Assembly (NCBI GenBank): GCA_013115145.1
Contig: JAAPAO010000002.1
Location: forward strand, 124,001 to 188,000
Length of the DNA: 64,000 bases
DNA from: Perkinsus chesapeaki ATCC PRA-425
Taxonomy: Eukaryota; Protista; Perkinsozoa
Direction: 5' to 3'
The position numbers and the translations under genes were made by a program. This document shows positions 12,751 to 26,100 of this stretch, piece after piece. The notes under the pieces are model-generated. The model was not told where the DNA came from. It saw only the letters and a list, made by a program, of their open reading frames with translations, and did no database searches. Within the stretch, counting starts at the first letter, position 1, and each line of letters starts with the position of its first letter.

Positions 12751-13216
12751 TTTCGCGCGCGCCCTGAAGGTAAAAAAATTTTCTTCGGGTTCCACTTCTC
12801 GTGGCTCATCAGAGTATTGGACTGTAAGCGTACAGTGTACATATAGCCTGCTAGGCGCCAGCGTGTCATGTCAAGAGCTCATTCGGCTAACGCCGATCAG
12901 CTGGCATTTATGGACGCGTTCTGGAACATCTGTCACAGGTATGTCATGACTCGTGACATACAACTCGACCCTGACCCAACCGTGACGACTCCTCTCCACC
13001 ACACGGCTACCGATACTGAAGGTGTTTGATACCATTATTTGCATTGCGTGATGCAACTTGCATCTCTCCGGGAAATTCTTCATTCACCTCTAACATTCAT
13101 AAACCGCGTCGCGAGAGTAGACACGGCGAGCAGCAGAGGTCTCTGGGTGAGCTCCAAAGGAAGTTAACTTAAAAACACAACGCAGTGTACTTTCTGGTGA
13201 ACGTACGTGCTTTCTG

Positions 13217-14476
13217 TCACTGATGTAAAGTATAGCACTGCAGCTGGCCATCTACTCCCCCCACGACGACAGTTCGTGCTCCGTCTCCAAGAGCTTGAAT
13301 CGCGGAGGGCTTCCAACCCAAATCGACTTGCTCCAGCACCCGTGGATTGGTGCCAAGTAAAGACGACAGTGTCAGTCTTCCATCAGAACCGACCGAAGTA
13401 ACACAATGGTCACGCAGGAATGTGAGGTCGGCCACTGCCTGGCTATGAGCCGGTATCTGAGCGGGTATGAGGGTTTTCATAAGACGATTTCCACCCAGCC
13501 TTACTCGCAGTATGCTTTTTCTGAAGTCTTTGAAGTTCAAGGAATCTCCTCGGAACCGCATCAGGCACAGTGCGCCACTGCCGGTCCCTGCCACTGCCGC
13601 ATCGTTGTGAAAAGGGTCGAATTGAATACAGTTTACAAAGGGGGGATTAAATGCCATTGGCAGGGTAGAGCTCTCATCCTGAGCAAACGATCCAATGATA
13701 AATTGCTATGTCCAGGAGGCTACTTTGACGGCACCAGCCACATCTACGACACCCCGTGACCTGTAGCTAGCCCTCTCCACCGCGAAGCGTCGCACTGTGC
13801 AGTCGAACCCGCCTACGAGGATATCAGTTGTCGTAGTTGGGCAGGACGGGGATACGCGAGCAGTCACACAAGAGCAGACCTGTGAGAAGATAAAGCCCTG
13901 GAATTAGAGGATGTCACTCGAACTCCTACTTGCTCCTCCTCATTTACTCGTAATTTCTCGCGGCATTCTGCAAGTGTGGACGAATCAAGAAACACAAGTT
14001 CTCCTTCGTCCGTTGGGACAAGCAGTTGAGAGCCATCCGGTGACAAAGAAAAGTTGTTAACTTCATTGGTCTGACAGACGGTCAATGACACAGAGCCTCG
14101 TGCTCGTGAGTCTCTCACCTGGTTTTGTGGGACGTAGGCAGCTGCGAGCATGCCTTTACGAATGTCGTAGTTGAGAATATTCGATTCAGCACCGACGTAT
14201 ACAGAAGTGGATGAAGCGACGCAGTTCCCGACAAGCTCGCCTGCAGCGGGGAGGGTAATCCGGCTCTAACATATGAAGTGCTGCGAGTTGTTACTGACAG
14301 CTTACTTGAACCACGTTAGACCTGACGTCGATACCTAAGAGGCTCTTGTCTTCCCGAGCCACCCATATCATATCGGGAGATCCTGGCTGACCCGACAGAG
14401 CCGTAACGGAGCAGTCTTTGCTCGTGTCACCCTCTATCAGGCATTTATCCGATTCTAGAGACCGGTGGCCCACCAT
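13217..14476 (-). CDS. WD40-repeat protein, WDR53-like
   Basis: EVNNFSLSPDGSQLLVPTDEGELVFLD, DILVGGFDCTVRRF, AFNPPFVNCI and AHSQAVADLTF...SVGSDGRL. Confidence 0.7.
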
Positions 14477-14677
14477 GAGAAACTGCTAGGAGAGGAACTG
14501 AGGAGAATCACCACACAAGCACAAGCAGGCGTAACAGCTACCACCGTGGCGCGGGTGTCGCAGCGGGCGTACCCATTACTCCAAACTCAAAGAAAGCTTG
14601 TGAGAAATGATATGCATTATCGACAAGAGTAGGCTTCTGTTTTTAAATAATATATAAAGTACACTGCTTTAGCAGAC

Positions 14678-14996
14678 TCAGGGTACGGTGATGATATCAT
14701 CATGATATACTTCACAATTCAAGTTCGAGCCTTTTATTACTGATAAGTTATCAGTATCTGAGAAAGCGGTAATGCGAATGCTGAGCCCGTGATAGCCAGT
14801 GAAGTACGCGATATAGTGTACATAATCTGCTTGGTAACTTACAATCGGTTCGGTAGTTCTCGAAATTCGCAACGAGCATTGTGGAGACGACGCCGGCTGC
14901 CATCAGTCCCATTGGCAGCGCCCTCTCGAAGACTGCCATGCCACGCTTTTGGGTCTCCTCTCTGTTCCCTCTCCTAACATAGAAGCGCCATGACAT
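14678..14996 (-). CDS. Small single-TM hypothetical protein
   Basis: MAVFERALPMGLMAAGVVSTMLVANFENYRTD|YTDNLSVIKGSNLNCEVYHDDIITVP* if one intron is spliced. Short, with no recognised family. Confidence 0.3.
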
Positions 14997-15046
14997 CGCG
15001 TAGAAATCGACGGAGACTATGATCCTATGAGAGCATCTTCCGAGAA

Positions 15047-15958
15047 TTACCTAAATCGCCTCGCATGGAAGGTGAATTTCCTTCGTTGGCTTGTCGGCAT
15101 CCACGGGTGCCGTTTCTTACTACTGAAGAGCGAATGATAACGATAGGAAAAATGAGGATTAGCCACCGTTCAGAACGGTCCATTCTTACGGTAGCGCAGC
15201 ATCGCACTTGGGTTGCTTATTGTCTTGTTGCTCTCCGGAATCCTATCAAATGGGTTGGTATTGGATAAGACACTCTGCCGTACTTACCTTCCTTGAGCTG
15301 AGCGGCGTTGGTCGACCTGCCCGGGAGACCCGACTCTCTACCACCACGCGAACTTCACGGCGTTTAGGAGTATGAGTCTTGGTCTGACGACATCACGTGC
15401 GAGGAAGGCCGGTGGTCTTCTCAGCTTACAAGCTCCACGTTCTTCGAGATTGTTTTCCGAACTCGCCCGCCGATTACCTACACAAAAGGTAACCGGTTAC
15501 ATCGCTTTCATATTGCATTTTACACTTTTCTTCTTTCCTTCTTCTGGTGTCCCTGCAGCATTCGCTAGGCACTCAGTCTCCCCTTGTGGGAGAGATGCAA
15601 TGACACTGCTTCCTTGCTCGACCAGTGGATCCGAGACTCCTTTACGCTTCGGCACCCTCTTCGCTTCTGCCTTTGCCTTCGGCTTGGGCGTACTCGCGCT
15701 CGTGGCAGTATGTGCTCGTTTTCGAGAAGATGGTTTCTTCTTGTGTGAAATGCTACTTCGCTTATTAGCTGGGCTTTCGAGCCCAGTTACTTCCGGCGCG
15801 GCTCGCTTAGGGGTTGCAGAAGGCTTGTTCGTTTTCCCGACTTCCCGAGTCTTCCTAGGAGTACCTCACAGAAATAGCTCTCAGTCTCGTTTTTTATGCG
15901 ACCAACCAACTTCTGAGAGAATCTTCGTCAAACACGGCTTGGCTGAGCTTAACACCAT
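15047..15958 (-). CDS. Lys/Ser/Arg-rich low-complexity hypothetical protein
   Basis: Minus-strand exons such as KTREVGKTNKPSATPKRAAPEV...PKPKAKAEAKRVPKRK, joined by GT-AG introns. The + strand ORF 15372..15962 is its antisense shadow. Confidence 0.45.
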
Positions 15959-16387
15959 GTAATCTCGCCGAAGACCGCAGTGGGACCTCCTCTGGCAATT
16001 TCGCTGTCATAGATAAAGAGTTCTGAAGAGCTGGTTTTCAGTTGGGCGGGCCGCAGCAAGTAATTTGATTTACTACTGTTCACTGAATGAACATGAACGT
16101 TTATTCATTTGGCACATGAATATCACTAAGATATATAGCAACAGAGTCCAGGTTCGCAGCTTCTTCGGTAGGCTTCTAGAGGTTCGCTCGAACTCTCAAC
16201 ACAATAACACGCAGTAGACAGTAAAAACTCTCCTGTTACAAATGACAAAAAGTAATTAAAGCGTTTTCTGTTCAAGTGGGAGAGAATACATACTTGGTCG
16301 TAGCATCAGTTACGAAGTGGCATTAGTACAATAATTTCTATTAGACATAAAAAGTGTTAGCATGGATATGTCAAAAAATCTGATTGT

Positions 16388-19300
16388 TCATGCGAAAGAG
16401 TGCCACGAATCCTCGACTGGACGTCCATCGGGGGAGCTTTCGTCACCAGCTTCGGGAACTGATATGGCTAAGCGTATGCGCTCAGGTGTAGCTGGGCATA
16501 CGAGCTGGAAATGCTTCCGGTTACCTCTCGCAGCATAAATTGCCTCCTTGATAGCATAATAGACCTGCAGAGATAAAGGTCAGGAGTACCGAGGATCACG
16601 CGAGTGAAAGGAATGGAGAACAAACCAGAGAATGTCCTTACGCTTGCACCTCCAAAGAGGGGAGGCTCACCGACTGCCTTGCTGGCTCGAATAGTTGGAC
16701 CGCTAGTCCTATCGTAAAGCGCGACACGAAAGTCGCAGGGAATGTCATCGAGGGAAGGGATCTTGTATAGTCCGGGCCCCTAAGAGAACACCTCAACTCG
16801 AGGATAAAGAATTAAACCACGCTCACCTTAGTGATCAGCCTGCCCTGCTTATCATAGACTAGTTCTTCCATACAAAAGAGACCATATCCCTGCATGAAGG
16901 CACCTTCAATCTGACCGATGTCGATCGCTGGATTTATGGACTTCCCAACATCGTGGACAATATCAACACGTAACTGAACAGCGTATGGACGAGTATTGCG
17001 TATGTTTCGCTCTTACAACCCGTGTTTCACCAGTGAGCACGTCAACTTCAACTTCCGAAGCCGCCGCTCCATAGGTGTAGTAGTAGAAGGGCACAGAATT
17101 GAAAGTATTAACCTAAGCTCCCGGTAGGTAAGTGCAAGTTATACCAGCAGAAAGACGCGCCGTTCCCAACGTTACCTCTTTCTTAGACCAATCGGCCCCC
17201 GCGATTTCTGGGGTCCTGTAGAATCCCACAGCGCTGAGACATTTGCGATCGAACCTACGACAAGGAAGGAGCTATCCACATTGGCACTAACAAGTCTAAT
17301 ACCACGCTTTCGTGGCAGCGCTCGCAAGCCTCGCCTGGGGATCGCTGATGGAAGAGTCCTCGTACGCCTGAGACCGTGAGATCAGTACTCGACCATCGAC
17401 CCTCTGCCGACCTTGATAGTTTCCTTTAATTGCCGGCAGGCATCAACCGCGGCATTAGCATTGAGGTCAGTTCCACTTGAAGCCGCCGTTGGCACTCCAT
17501 TGGGAGCTCGGCTGGTGTTGGCCTCAGATATGTGAATCGCGTCAACAGGGATGCCTAGCTCGCTGGCGACAACCTGTATAGAACGCTGCTCTACCGCAAG
17601 TTGAAAACGGCTTACTTGTGACACTTTAGTATTCAATCCTTGTCCCATCTCAACGCCGACGTGACAAACTTGGACAGACCCGTCCTTTTGAAGGGTTATT
17701 AGTGCGGTAGCTTGGTTAAGATGTGTAGCAGTGAACGATATACCGTACCTGACCAGTACAGGTAATAGCGCGAGATAGCTGGGCAAACCATCTACCGTAT
17801 AGGGACAGCAGCAATTCCGCGCTTCAGGTAGGAGTTCTTCTTGTTGTATTCGACGATTTCCACTCGACGCTTGTCAAATTCCGACTCCTTCATTAATTTT
17901 ATCCACATGTCTTCTGAAGGGACCTGGAAAGCAATGGTATGGAACACCTGCGGGATTGGGTCATCTTTTAGCCTTGCCTCATCCCCAAGATGATGATTGT
18001 AATGTGTCAAGTTAGCGGCGCCTTGTGGACCACAAGCCCAGTTAGCAGCTTCGAGCTCTTCTCGTCTGATTCCGAGCTCACAAGCGGCATGCTCGAACAT
18101 CGCCTGAAAAAGCGACTGTTAGACAATAAGACATTCAAGCAAGCATACCTCCGCAACAGCCTGTCCCTGAGGTCCTCCAAATCCACGGAATGCTGTATTG
18201 CTCTCTATATTGGTCTTAGCCAAGCGTCCTGATAGTGAAGTTACACTACGGATATGAGATGCTGACGGAGTTCTGACCAGTGACTCGGACATTTCGCACG
18301 AAACTAGCATTCGTCATATGCATCATAGCTCGGTTCAGCACAGGTTCGGACAGGTCGTGAGAGTAGCCAGCGTTCGCCTAGAGTTGACCTTAGCTTCTGC
18401 GTAGGACTGGGCAACTCACGTATAAGTCTACATCAGCGGCGACCAACTTCCTGTCGCTCCTACGAACGGCGACAGTATAATCAGCGAGGAAAGCGTGTCG
18501 CTTTCCACTGTTAGCCATGTCTACATCGCGGTCCATTTGGAAACTAATCAAAGAGGCGTTCGAAACTTGACTCGATTTGGATGCCACCCACCGAGCAGGT
18601 CGGTTAAACTTGACGGCTGCAAGAGCCGCATAGGAGGCCAAAATGCAAGATCGAGACTCCTTACCGCCAAATCCGCCGCCTGAGCCGATAAACAAATTCG
18701 ACCAGAAGCAAAACCAACGCACCTCACCTATTCTCTTCGTTCGGACAACAACTCGATTTAGCGGTATCCCCAGAACTTCGGCAATGTGCATCTGGGTCTC
18801 ATGGGGGTGCTGCGTTGACGAAAATACTTCGACTTCAGTGCCCCCATCAGCTGGCACGGCTCGGGCACCCTAAACAATAGAGCTAATGTGGCCGTTCTCT
18901 CATGAAGTTGAGACATTACGGAAAAAGTTTTATTACATTGGTTTCAAAATAAAAATGTTCTTGCCCGGCCATTTTGAAACGGCCCTTGACAACAGCAAAT
19001 TCGTCTGGTCGAGATAAACAGTGTTCGATAACCTCCTCGATATTAGCGCCCATGTCAAGGTCAATCACCTTATGGATGCACGCGGAGTCGCCGCCACCTG
19101 GACAAGACCAACGTCCTAATAGCGGGGCTCAGTCTAGAAATTACCAACAAAAAGGAGCTCATGGAAGCTCTTCTCCCTAATAGCATCCTCGATACTGACA
19201 ATAGGCGGCGGACGCTCTTGCGAGTATGTAACCTAGGATCACGAGACCAACTGCAATATCGGCGCACGATCTGCTGTATATTACCTTCACGGCTCTGGCC

Positions 19301-22300
19301 GAAACGCGGGCTGCATAACGGCTGGTTGCCGCCACGATTGCGATAATCTTGAGAAAGAACAATACTGGTGACCATGTGAGCGTACCTCACCTGCCCACAG
19401 TGTGATACGTTGAAACCGGCATCTGCAACAGCAAACACCGGCTCATCGTGGGCAATAGCACCAATCGTGTGTACCCCCGTGCAGTCCTTATGCGTGACCT
19501 ACTAAAAACGTTACAAAGTCGACCTGGAACAGACACTCACCTCGCCAACAAATCCCTCAACATCACGACAGCGACTGAAATCCATGGCAACCACCGATCC
19601 AGTTGACTGGGTTGAAAGTACAAAGTCGATGTATAGTTCATGGCGGCTATAAGGGGTGTCGTCAAAGTAGTCGGCGCAGCCCCGCACCTTTGAAGCAACA
19701 CGATCATCCTGAAACTCGGGCAGCCTTCCTTACCTGCTTGTCAGCAGCCAGATGCTTCACTGGCTTGCCCACGGGATCTAGAGGATCTCCGAGTGGCATG
19801 TAGTACTGAATTCCTTTCTTGTGAGTTGGCACAAAGTTGTACCTAGCATCAGGCCTCGCATAAGATCGAAAGCCTCGAGACTCACTCTGTGGCACCAGCA
19901 GGCAACCCCATACAAAACTTATACATAACTGCGCGAGCTAATGCCATACGATACTTCGTCATTCCTATAATAGATCGTAACGGTTAGCGTCAGATTCGCA
20001 TCTCTCACCTCCAGGCGTCTCAGGGGCCAACACGAATTCGGCTTTGATGGTATCCATAATTCTCTGGGTTGTCTCGACACAGCCTATCCGGTGCCCAACC
20101 AGCGCTTTCTCGGTTCGGAACGCACGAATCTGCGGAAGTTCACTCTGACCGTTGCCCACTGATCGCAGAAACTTACAGTAGTCGGAGCCATACCACCTAA
20201 AGCCACGCGGGCATCGGTAACTCTGCCGTCTTCTGTCATGTACACAGCAATAGCAGCGTTCACAATAGATAGATCATCTTGACGACGTCTTGAGTGCTTG
20301 AACACACGGAAACTGCTGGGACGCTAGCCGGCACCCAGAAGCTCATTAGCCATTACCTGTCGTATCGCAGTGGGACCGTGACGCTCACAAGCACTTCCTT
20401 ATCCTGTAGGTCAACCTTACGATATGATATGAAAAAATCATCAATAGCAACCTAATTTGGAGAAGAATACGAATAGCACGGATAGATCGTCCACAATACT
20501 TCTCTGTATTCGATTTCGCCAGACTCCAGCCTTGCTATGCGGCATGATGCACCAGCAGCTAACCAAACCACGTTGAGATCTGAAGGAGGGCATAGAAAAG
20601 TAGCGAGCCAGGAAGGACGCACCAGAAATAGGGCTTGCTGTAGCAATGTTTCCTCCGATCGTGGCAACGTTTCGAATGTGTTCAGAGGCAAAGAATCGGA
20701 GCATCGCTGTTATCCCTCGAAGGCTGACATGAGAACAGTCGGGAGTGGAGCTAATCGAACCGAAATCGTAGGAACCTCGAGATTTCTTAGTTTACCACTA
20801 AGTAGACGATCGCGAAAGTTATACGCGGAATACCCCAGTGTACACAACTTAATATGCCATATACAGAATGAAATTGGTATAGGATACCAGGTATACCAGA
20901 GTCATATACTAAATATATAATCATCTCAACGAAGGAGAAACTAGAATATCAAACTGAGTTAGCTTAGTAGTCACAAGGGCTTACACATCTGACCCACAGT
21001 GATCAGATTCTTCAATGAGTTCCTTCAAGGTGGTGAGAGATACAGCAGAGCCTATAGTGGCGTAACCAGAATCCTGGTCTAGCCTGACTGAGTTCATCTC
21101 GCCTTTCACCTAAAACCGGCCATATAATACATTGATGACTTTTACCTCACCCTCGCCGTTGAGATTAGTGCCATAGGGTACGCGTGGTCATCGCGGAAAA
21201 ACTTGTCAATCCTGCGCTCAGAGTGGCCTCCAGCAAGCCTAAACAAGACCAGGACTAAGAATCAAATCTCCAGCGAAAGTTCATCTGCAGCTCTACCTGT
21301 AGTTCCCAACGTAGGTGATTATAGTGAGAAGCTCGTGGAGAGAGGTGGGCCGATAGTAATCGCATGGAAGTCCAACATGCTTTCCATGCAGAAAGAGTGG
21401 ACGATCCAGATTACCGGGGAGAAATTTGGCTTCAGTCAACTTATTGGCAGAAGACTTCATGGAGGGGGTCTCCGCAGTTGTCAACGAGTTGTCGCTCAAG
21501 TGCACAGATGCGTCGGTGCCCTGAGAAACATGAAATAATAAAAACACGACTGAACCGCCTTACCTCTTCTTCTCCGTCTTCGGCGTTTTCCACCAAGTTA
21601 TACATACCCTGTATAATTGGCCTGTAACCGGTACAACGGCATAGGTTACCATCAAGAGCCTCCTCTATATCACGAATCTGCGCGACATCACACAGGTGAA
21701 ACCAAGTTGATGCAGATTCAAACACTCACCTCTCTTTTGCCATCCTCCCACTTAGCGTAAACGCTCATCACCATACCGGGGGTACAGTACCCACATTGAG
21801 AACCATGAGCTTCAGCTAGGCTTCTCTGGATCGGGTGCAAAGGGGTGTTAGCGGGTCCTGGCACCGACATGGAAGACGTTATAAAGGTTCTGCGTTACCA
21901 TGCTTCTTCGACTTGCAGTCGCCATCACCAGAACAGGGCCCACCATCGGCACATTTGCCCTCGCAACTCTCACCCTGCAGAAACCAAGTCGCAACTTCAC
22001 ACAGTCGAGCCTGTCTACCTTGACTCCTTCAATTGTGGTAACTTCACATCCTGCGACGTCACAGACAGACACGAGGCACGAGTTTATGGAACGATGGACA
22101 GGCTAAGAGGCAAAATCGCAGAAGTAGAGTGACCTCTCAAATGGCGCACCTTTCCTGTCACAATATCGGTCGTGTAGACAGATACAGTGCAAGCACCGCA
22201 ACCACCTTCGCCACATGCTAATCTGGTACCGCAACGGCCGGAAGCCCTCAGCCACTCAAGTAGTGTGCATTCAGGGTCGACATCTTCCACGTGGACGGGC

Positions 22301-22453
22301 CTACATCAGAGAGTGAGCTAGCCCGATAAACAAAAAGCTAGAGGCTTACTCTCCATTAACAGTGAAACGAAGGCCTCGTACGGCCTGGTCCTCATAGTCC
22401 CTCAAAAGTTTTTTGGTGCGACGCTCTCGTGTGTGATGAGCAGCCGGTTTCAT
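16388..22453 (-). CDS. XDH: Xanthine dehydrogenase/oxidase, copy A (canonical active site)
   Basis: 2Fe-2S motifs [11 protein letters not shown] and [12 protein letters not shown]; FAD domain [23 protein letters not shown]; Moco domain [51 protein letters not shown] and KAVGEPPLF. Many short introns; TGA at 16388-16390. Confidence 0.92.
16862..16976. repeat. Near-identical tract shared by the XDH paralogs (matches 23661-23775)
   Basis: 76 bp are identical (16862-16937 vs 23661-23736), and about 115 bp differ by 3 mismatches on visual alignment. Confidence 0.85.
21589..21680. repeat. Near-identical tract shared by the XDH paralogs (matches 28621-28712)
   Basis: 92 bp with a single mismatch (cctgtaacc vs cctataacc). 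Confidence 0.85.
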
Positions 22454-23181
22454 AAGGTTATAAGGTTCACGCAAAACTGATAGTTTCGAACTATGCACAG
22501 TCACGCCATCTTGACGCGCCGACGAGTGTCGCAAGACTGGGCGAGCGAAAACCCTGGGCTCACAGGTGACTGCCACACGTAGCCGTAATACATAGTAAAG
22601 ACCGAACTTGCATTTTAAGGGATGTGATTTCCAGGATAGTTCACGAGTCGCTAGCGTCGCACCTGTTCAAGACCAGATACTTCTACCGACCATGAGAACA
22701 CAACATTATGACCGGATGGCAACGACGATACAGCTGATTGGCTGAAACCCGGGAATGACCCACTAGTCTAAAAAATGATCGAAATATCCGATCAACATGG
22801 AAGAGATGTTGAGCACTGCTTACGGAAAGCTGCCCTTAAAAGCCCTGTGTCATCATATATGGAAAGAGTGGTTGAATAGTACTCTACTTCTAGAAAGAAA
22901 AGGCAACTTGTTAAAAAAAGTACATATCCACTATGTGGTCAAATTACAATAATGTGTCTGTGGGCCATCCCGGCTACGGGACTGTACCAGAGTTGGGCCG
23001 CCTATGGCCGCTCAGTCCGCAGTCATACCCCTGTACTGGCACTCGCTCGCCCGACCAAAGAAGTGCTGTACGATAAAAAATGAGTGTCAAAATCATAGTA
23101 TTACTGGGTAACATAGGTACGGAGGTCTGGGTATTGGAGATATATGCCTCAACTATTAGAATTCTACGTCTTCGTAACCGA

Positions 23182-26100
23182 TTATGCAAAAGCATGCCAC
23201 TTCGCCTCTACAGACTCAAACTCATCATGCTCATCAACACACGGGACGGCAATGGCGAGGCGAACGCGTTCGCAAGTAAGAGGGGAAGTTAATGGGAAAT
23301 ACCTCGTAGTATCACGAGCCGAGTAAAGTGCCTCTTTAATGGCCAGGTAGACCTGACAATACACCGTTTTTGACAAGGAAACGACTCTACCGCTTCTGAG
23401 CTCACACTAAAAGCACCGAATAAGGGAGGTTCGCCCACGGCCTTGCTTCCACGAATAGTGGGTCCTGTTGATCTAGAGTATAGCGACACACGGAAATCAC
23501 AGGGTATATCATCAGCTGAAGGGATCTTGTACAGGCCAAGGCTCTGAGGAGGGGGGAAGTAGGCGAGACCGATTGTCAGGACGTTCATTTCTCTGACATC
23601 ACAGTTAAGAAACGTACTGGCCTACTTTAGTGATCAGTCGGCCCTGGTGGTCGTAGATGGGTTCTTCCATACAAAAGAGACCATATCCCTGCATGAAGGC
23701 ACCTTCAATCTGACCGATGTCGATCGCTGGATTTATAGATTTCCCAACATCGTGGACAATATCAACGCGTAACTGGAAAGAGGACGTGTCATGCTCAGTA
23801 AGGAAAGCTAAACGACTCACAACGCGAGCTTCGCCCGTCAAAAGATCAACTTCAACCTCAGAGCACGCGGCTCCATAACTATGATAGTAATATGGACTAC
23901 TGCGGAATTCGTTAACCTGTCCGGGGACAGAGAAACCTGCTGAACAACCGCGTCAGTAGTGTTGTAAGTCACCTCTCGCTTGGTCCAGTCGATATCCTCG
24001 TCAAGTGGCACACGATAGTAGCCCACAGCACTGAGACAGCGACGGTCAAACCTAAGCCATCAAACAGAGATTTCAAGCTATGATGGAGAGGGGCCTAACC
24101 AGGCCTTCGTCACCGCTGCCGCGAGCTGCTTTTGTCTGTCGTGAATGGTCGAATCCCTATAGGGCTGAGACGCGTATCATGTGGACCGACAAAGAGCAAC
24201 TAACTCACCTGTATCGTTACCCGTAGCTGCTCACATGCATCTAGAGCCGCGTTTGCATTGAGATCTGTGCCGCTAGAGGCTGCAGTTGGCACTCCATTGC
24301 CTGTGCGACCAGTATTGGCCTCAGAAACATAAACAGCATTGAAGGGCACGTCCAGCTCACTCGCAACGACCTGATGAACAAAAAACGTAGCTGGCATTCA
24401 TGATAAGATGAGGATACCAGCGGAGCAGAAGTCACAATACACAGAATACAGTGAGTTCGCGTTTGTTGGGCAAGTCGATTAAAATTGAATATTTCAAGTT
24501 AGAGTGATCATATTTAGTCAAGTCCAATCATACTACCTGGCAGACTTTCGCGTCCACTCCCTGACCCATCTCTACTCCGTTATGACAAAGCTGCACAGAA
24601 CCATCCTTTTGCAAAGTGATCAGCACCGTAGCTTGATTGAGAAAAGGCTCGTCGTAAGCACAGCCAAACCTAAAACCTTTATCCGTCAAATGTCCTGTAC
24701 CAGCGGCGGCCGTGCTATCGCACTTTACCGTATCGGAACGGCTGCTATGCCCCTTTTCAGGAACTCGTTGGTAGGGTCAGAATTGAACCCCTTAATTTCG
24801 CTTCTTCTTCGCTCAAAGCCCGCATCGGCCATTAGCTGTTCCCACGTAGCCTTGGAGAGCACCTACCAGTACACTGATCCGCGAAAGCTAGAGGCAGCTG
24901 TCTCCATCACTTCCTCGCCGAGACTCTGTCCGTAATGTGTAGTGTTGCTCTCTCCTTCAGAAGTAGCTAAGTTATTTGCTACAACTGTTTCCCGATTCAA
25001 GCCTATCTCACGACCGATGTGCTCATACATGACCTGGTAAACCAACTCAGTACATCAAAAAGCCCATCAGGGCATTCACGCCACGAACACGAAGATCAAG
25101 AGACACATATCGACAAACCAACCTCAGCGATAGCCTGGGCCTGTGGAGCCCCAAAGCCCCTAAATGCGGTGTTGCTCTCGATATTGGTTTTAGCCAACTT
25201 TCCTGAGACACACTCATCAAATCTCACACCACAGGGATAGTTTCGATGAATGCTCTACCAGTCACACGTATATTCCGAATAAAGCATGCGTTTGTCACGT
25301 GCAGGAGCGCCTTCTTGAGAACGGCTTGAGACAAGTCTAGCGAGTAACCTGCGTTCGCCTGAGAGCGCCCCAGTTGAAGTGGCGATGAAAGTATAGATAA
25401 GCCTACGTAAAGCATAATATCTGCGGCCATCAGCTTGCTATCGCTCCTCCTGGCAGCAATCTTGTACTTCGCCAGAAACGGATGTCTTTTTCCAGTGTTA
25501 ACCAAGTCCACATCTCGAGACAGTTGAAATCTGAGAATGCCCGCCCGGCAATAGGTGCGCTAATCAGGGAAAGGTTACCTTGCGGGTCGGGTGAACTTGA
25601 CCGCCGCGAGAGCAGCGTACGGTGCTAGAATACAAGACCGTGTTTGCTTTCCACCGAAACCCCCGCCTACAATCAAGAATACCACAGCGGAAAATCACGG
25701 ACGATGTGTTTCTAACGCAGGCTTACCGAGTCGTTTGGTCCTTACGACAACACGGTTGTATTGAATTCCTAGAACTTCTGCAATGTGCATCTGAGTTTGG
25801 TGCGGATCTTGCGTTGAGGAAAAAACCTCGACCTCAGTGCCTCCGTCATAGGGGATGGCCCTAGCAGCCTGAAGGTAAACGCCGTTCTCTGCACGTATCC
25901 TGTGGCATAAAGATCGCTGCTCATATCGGTCAGAGATTTATATAGAGAATGATAAAAGTACTATTGCGTAGATATAACAAATGAAATATGCCGGCACTAG
26001 GACCTGGAGGTCACCCACAGGCGAGATGCAGAGCCCGAGGACAGTCAAGTCGACACTACGCTGTGTAACAAAGACTTGTCAGAAACTCTAAACACGGACC

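Noticed and set aside
15372-15962. 196-aa plus-strand ORF
   Set aside because: Antisense shadow of a Lys-rich minus-strand gene.
22958-22979. Minus-strand CCGTAGCC...GGCCCACAG, loosely SL-like, upstream of XDH copy A
   Set aside because: Only the 8-nt 5' block is exact and it is about 500 bp from the start codon. Too weak.
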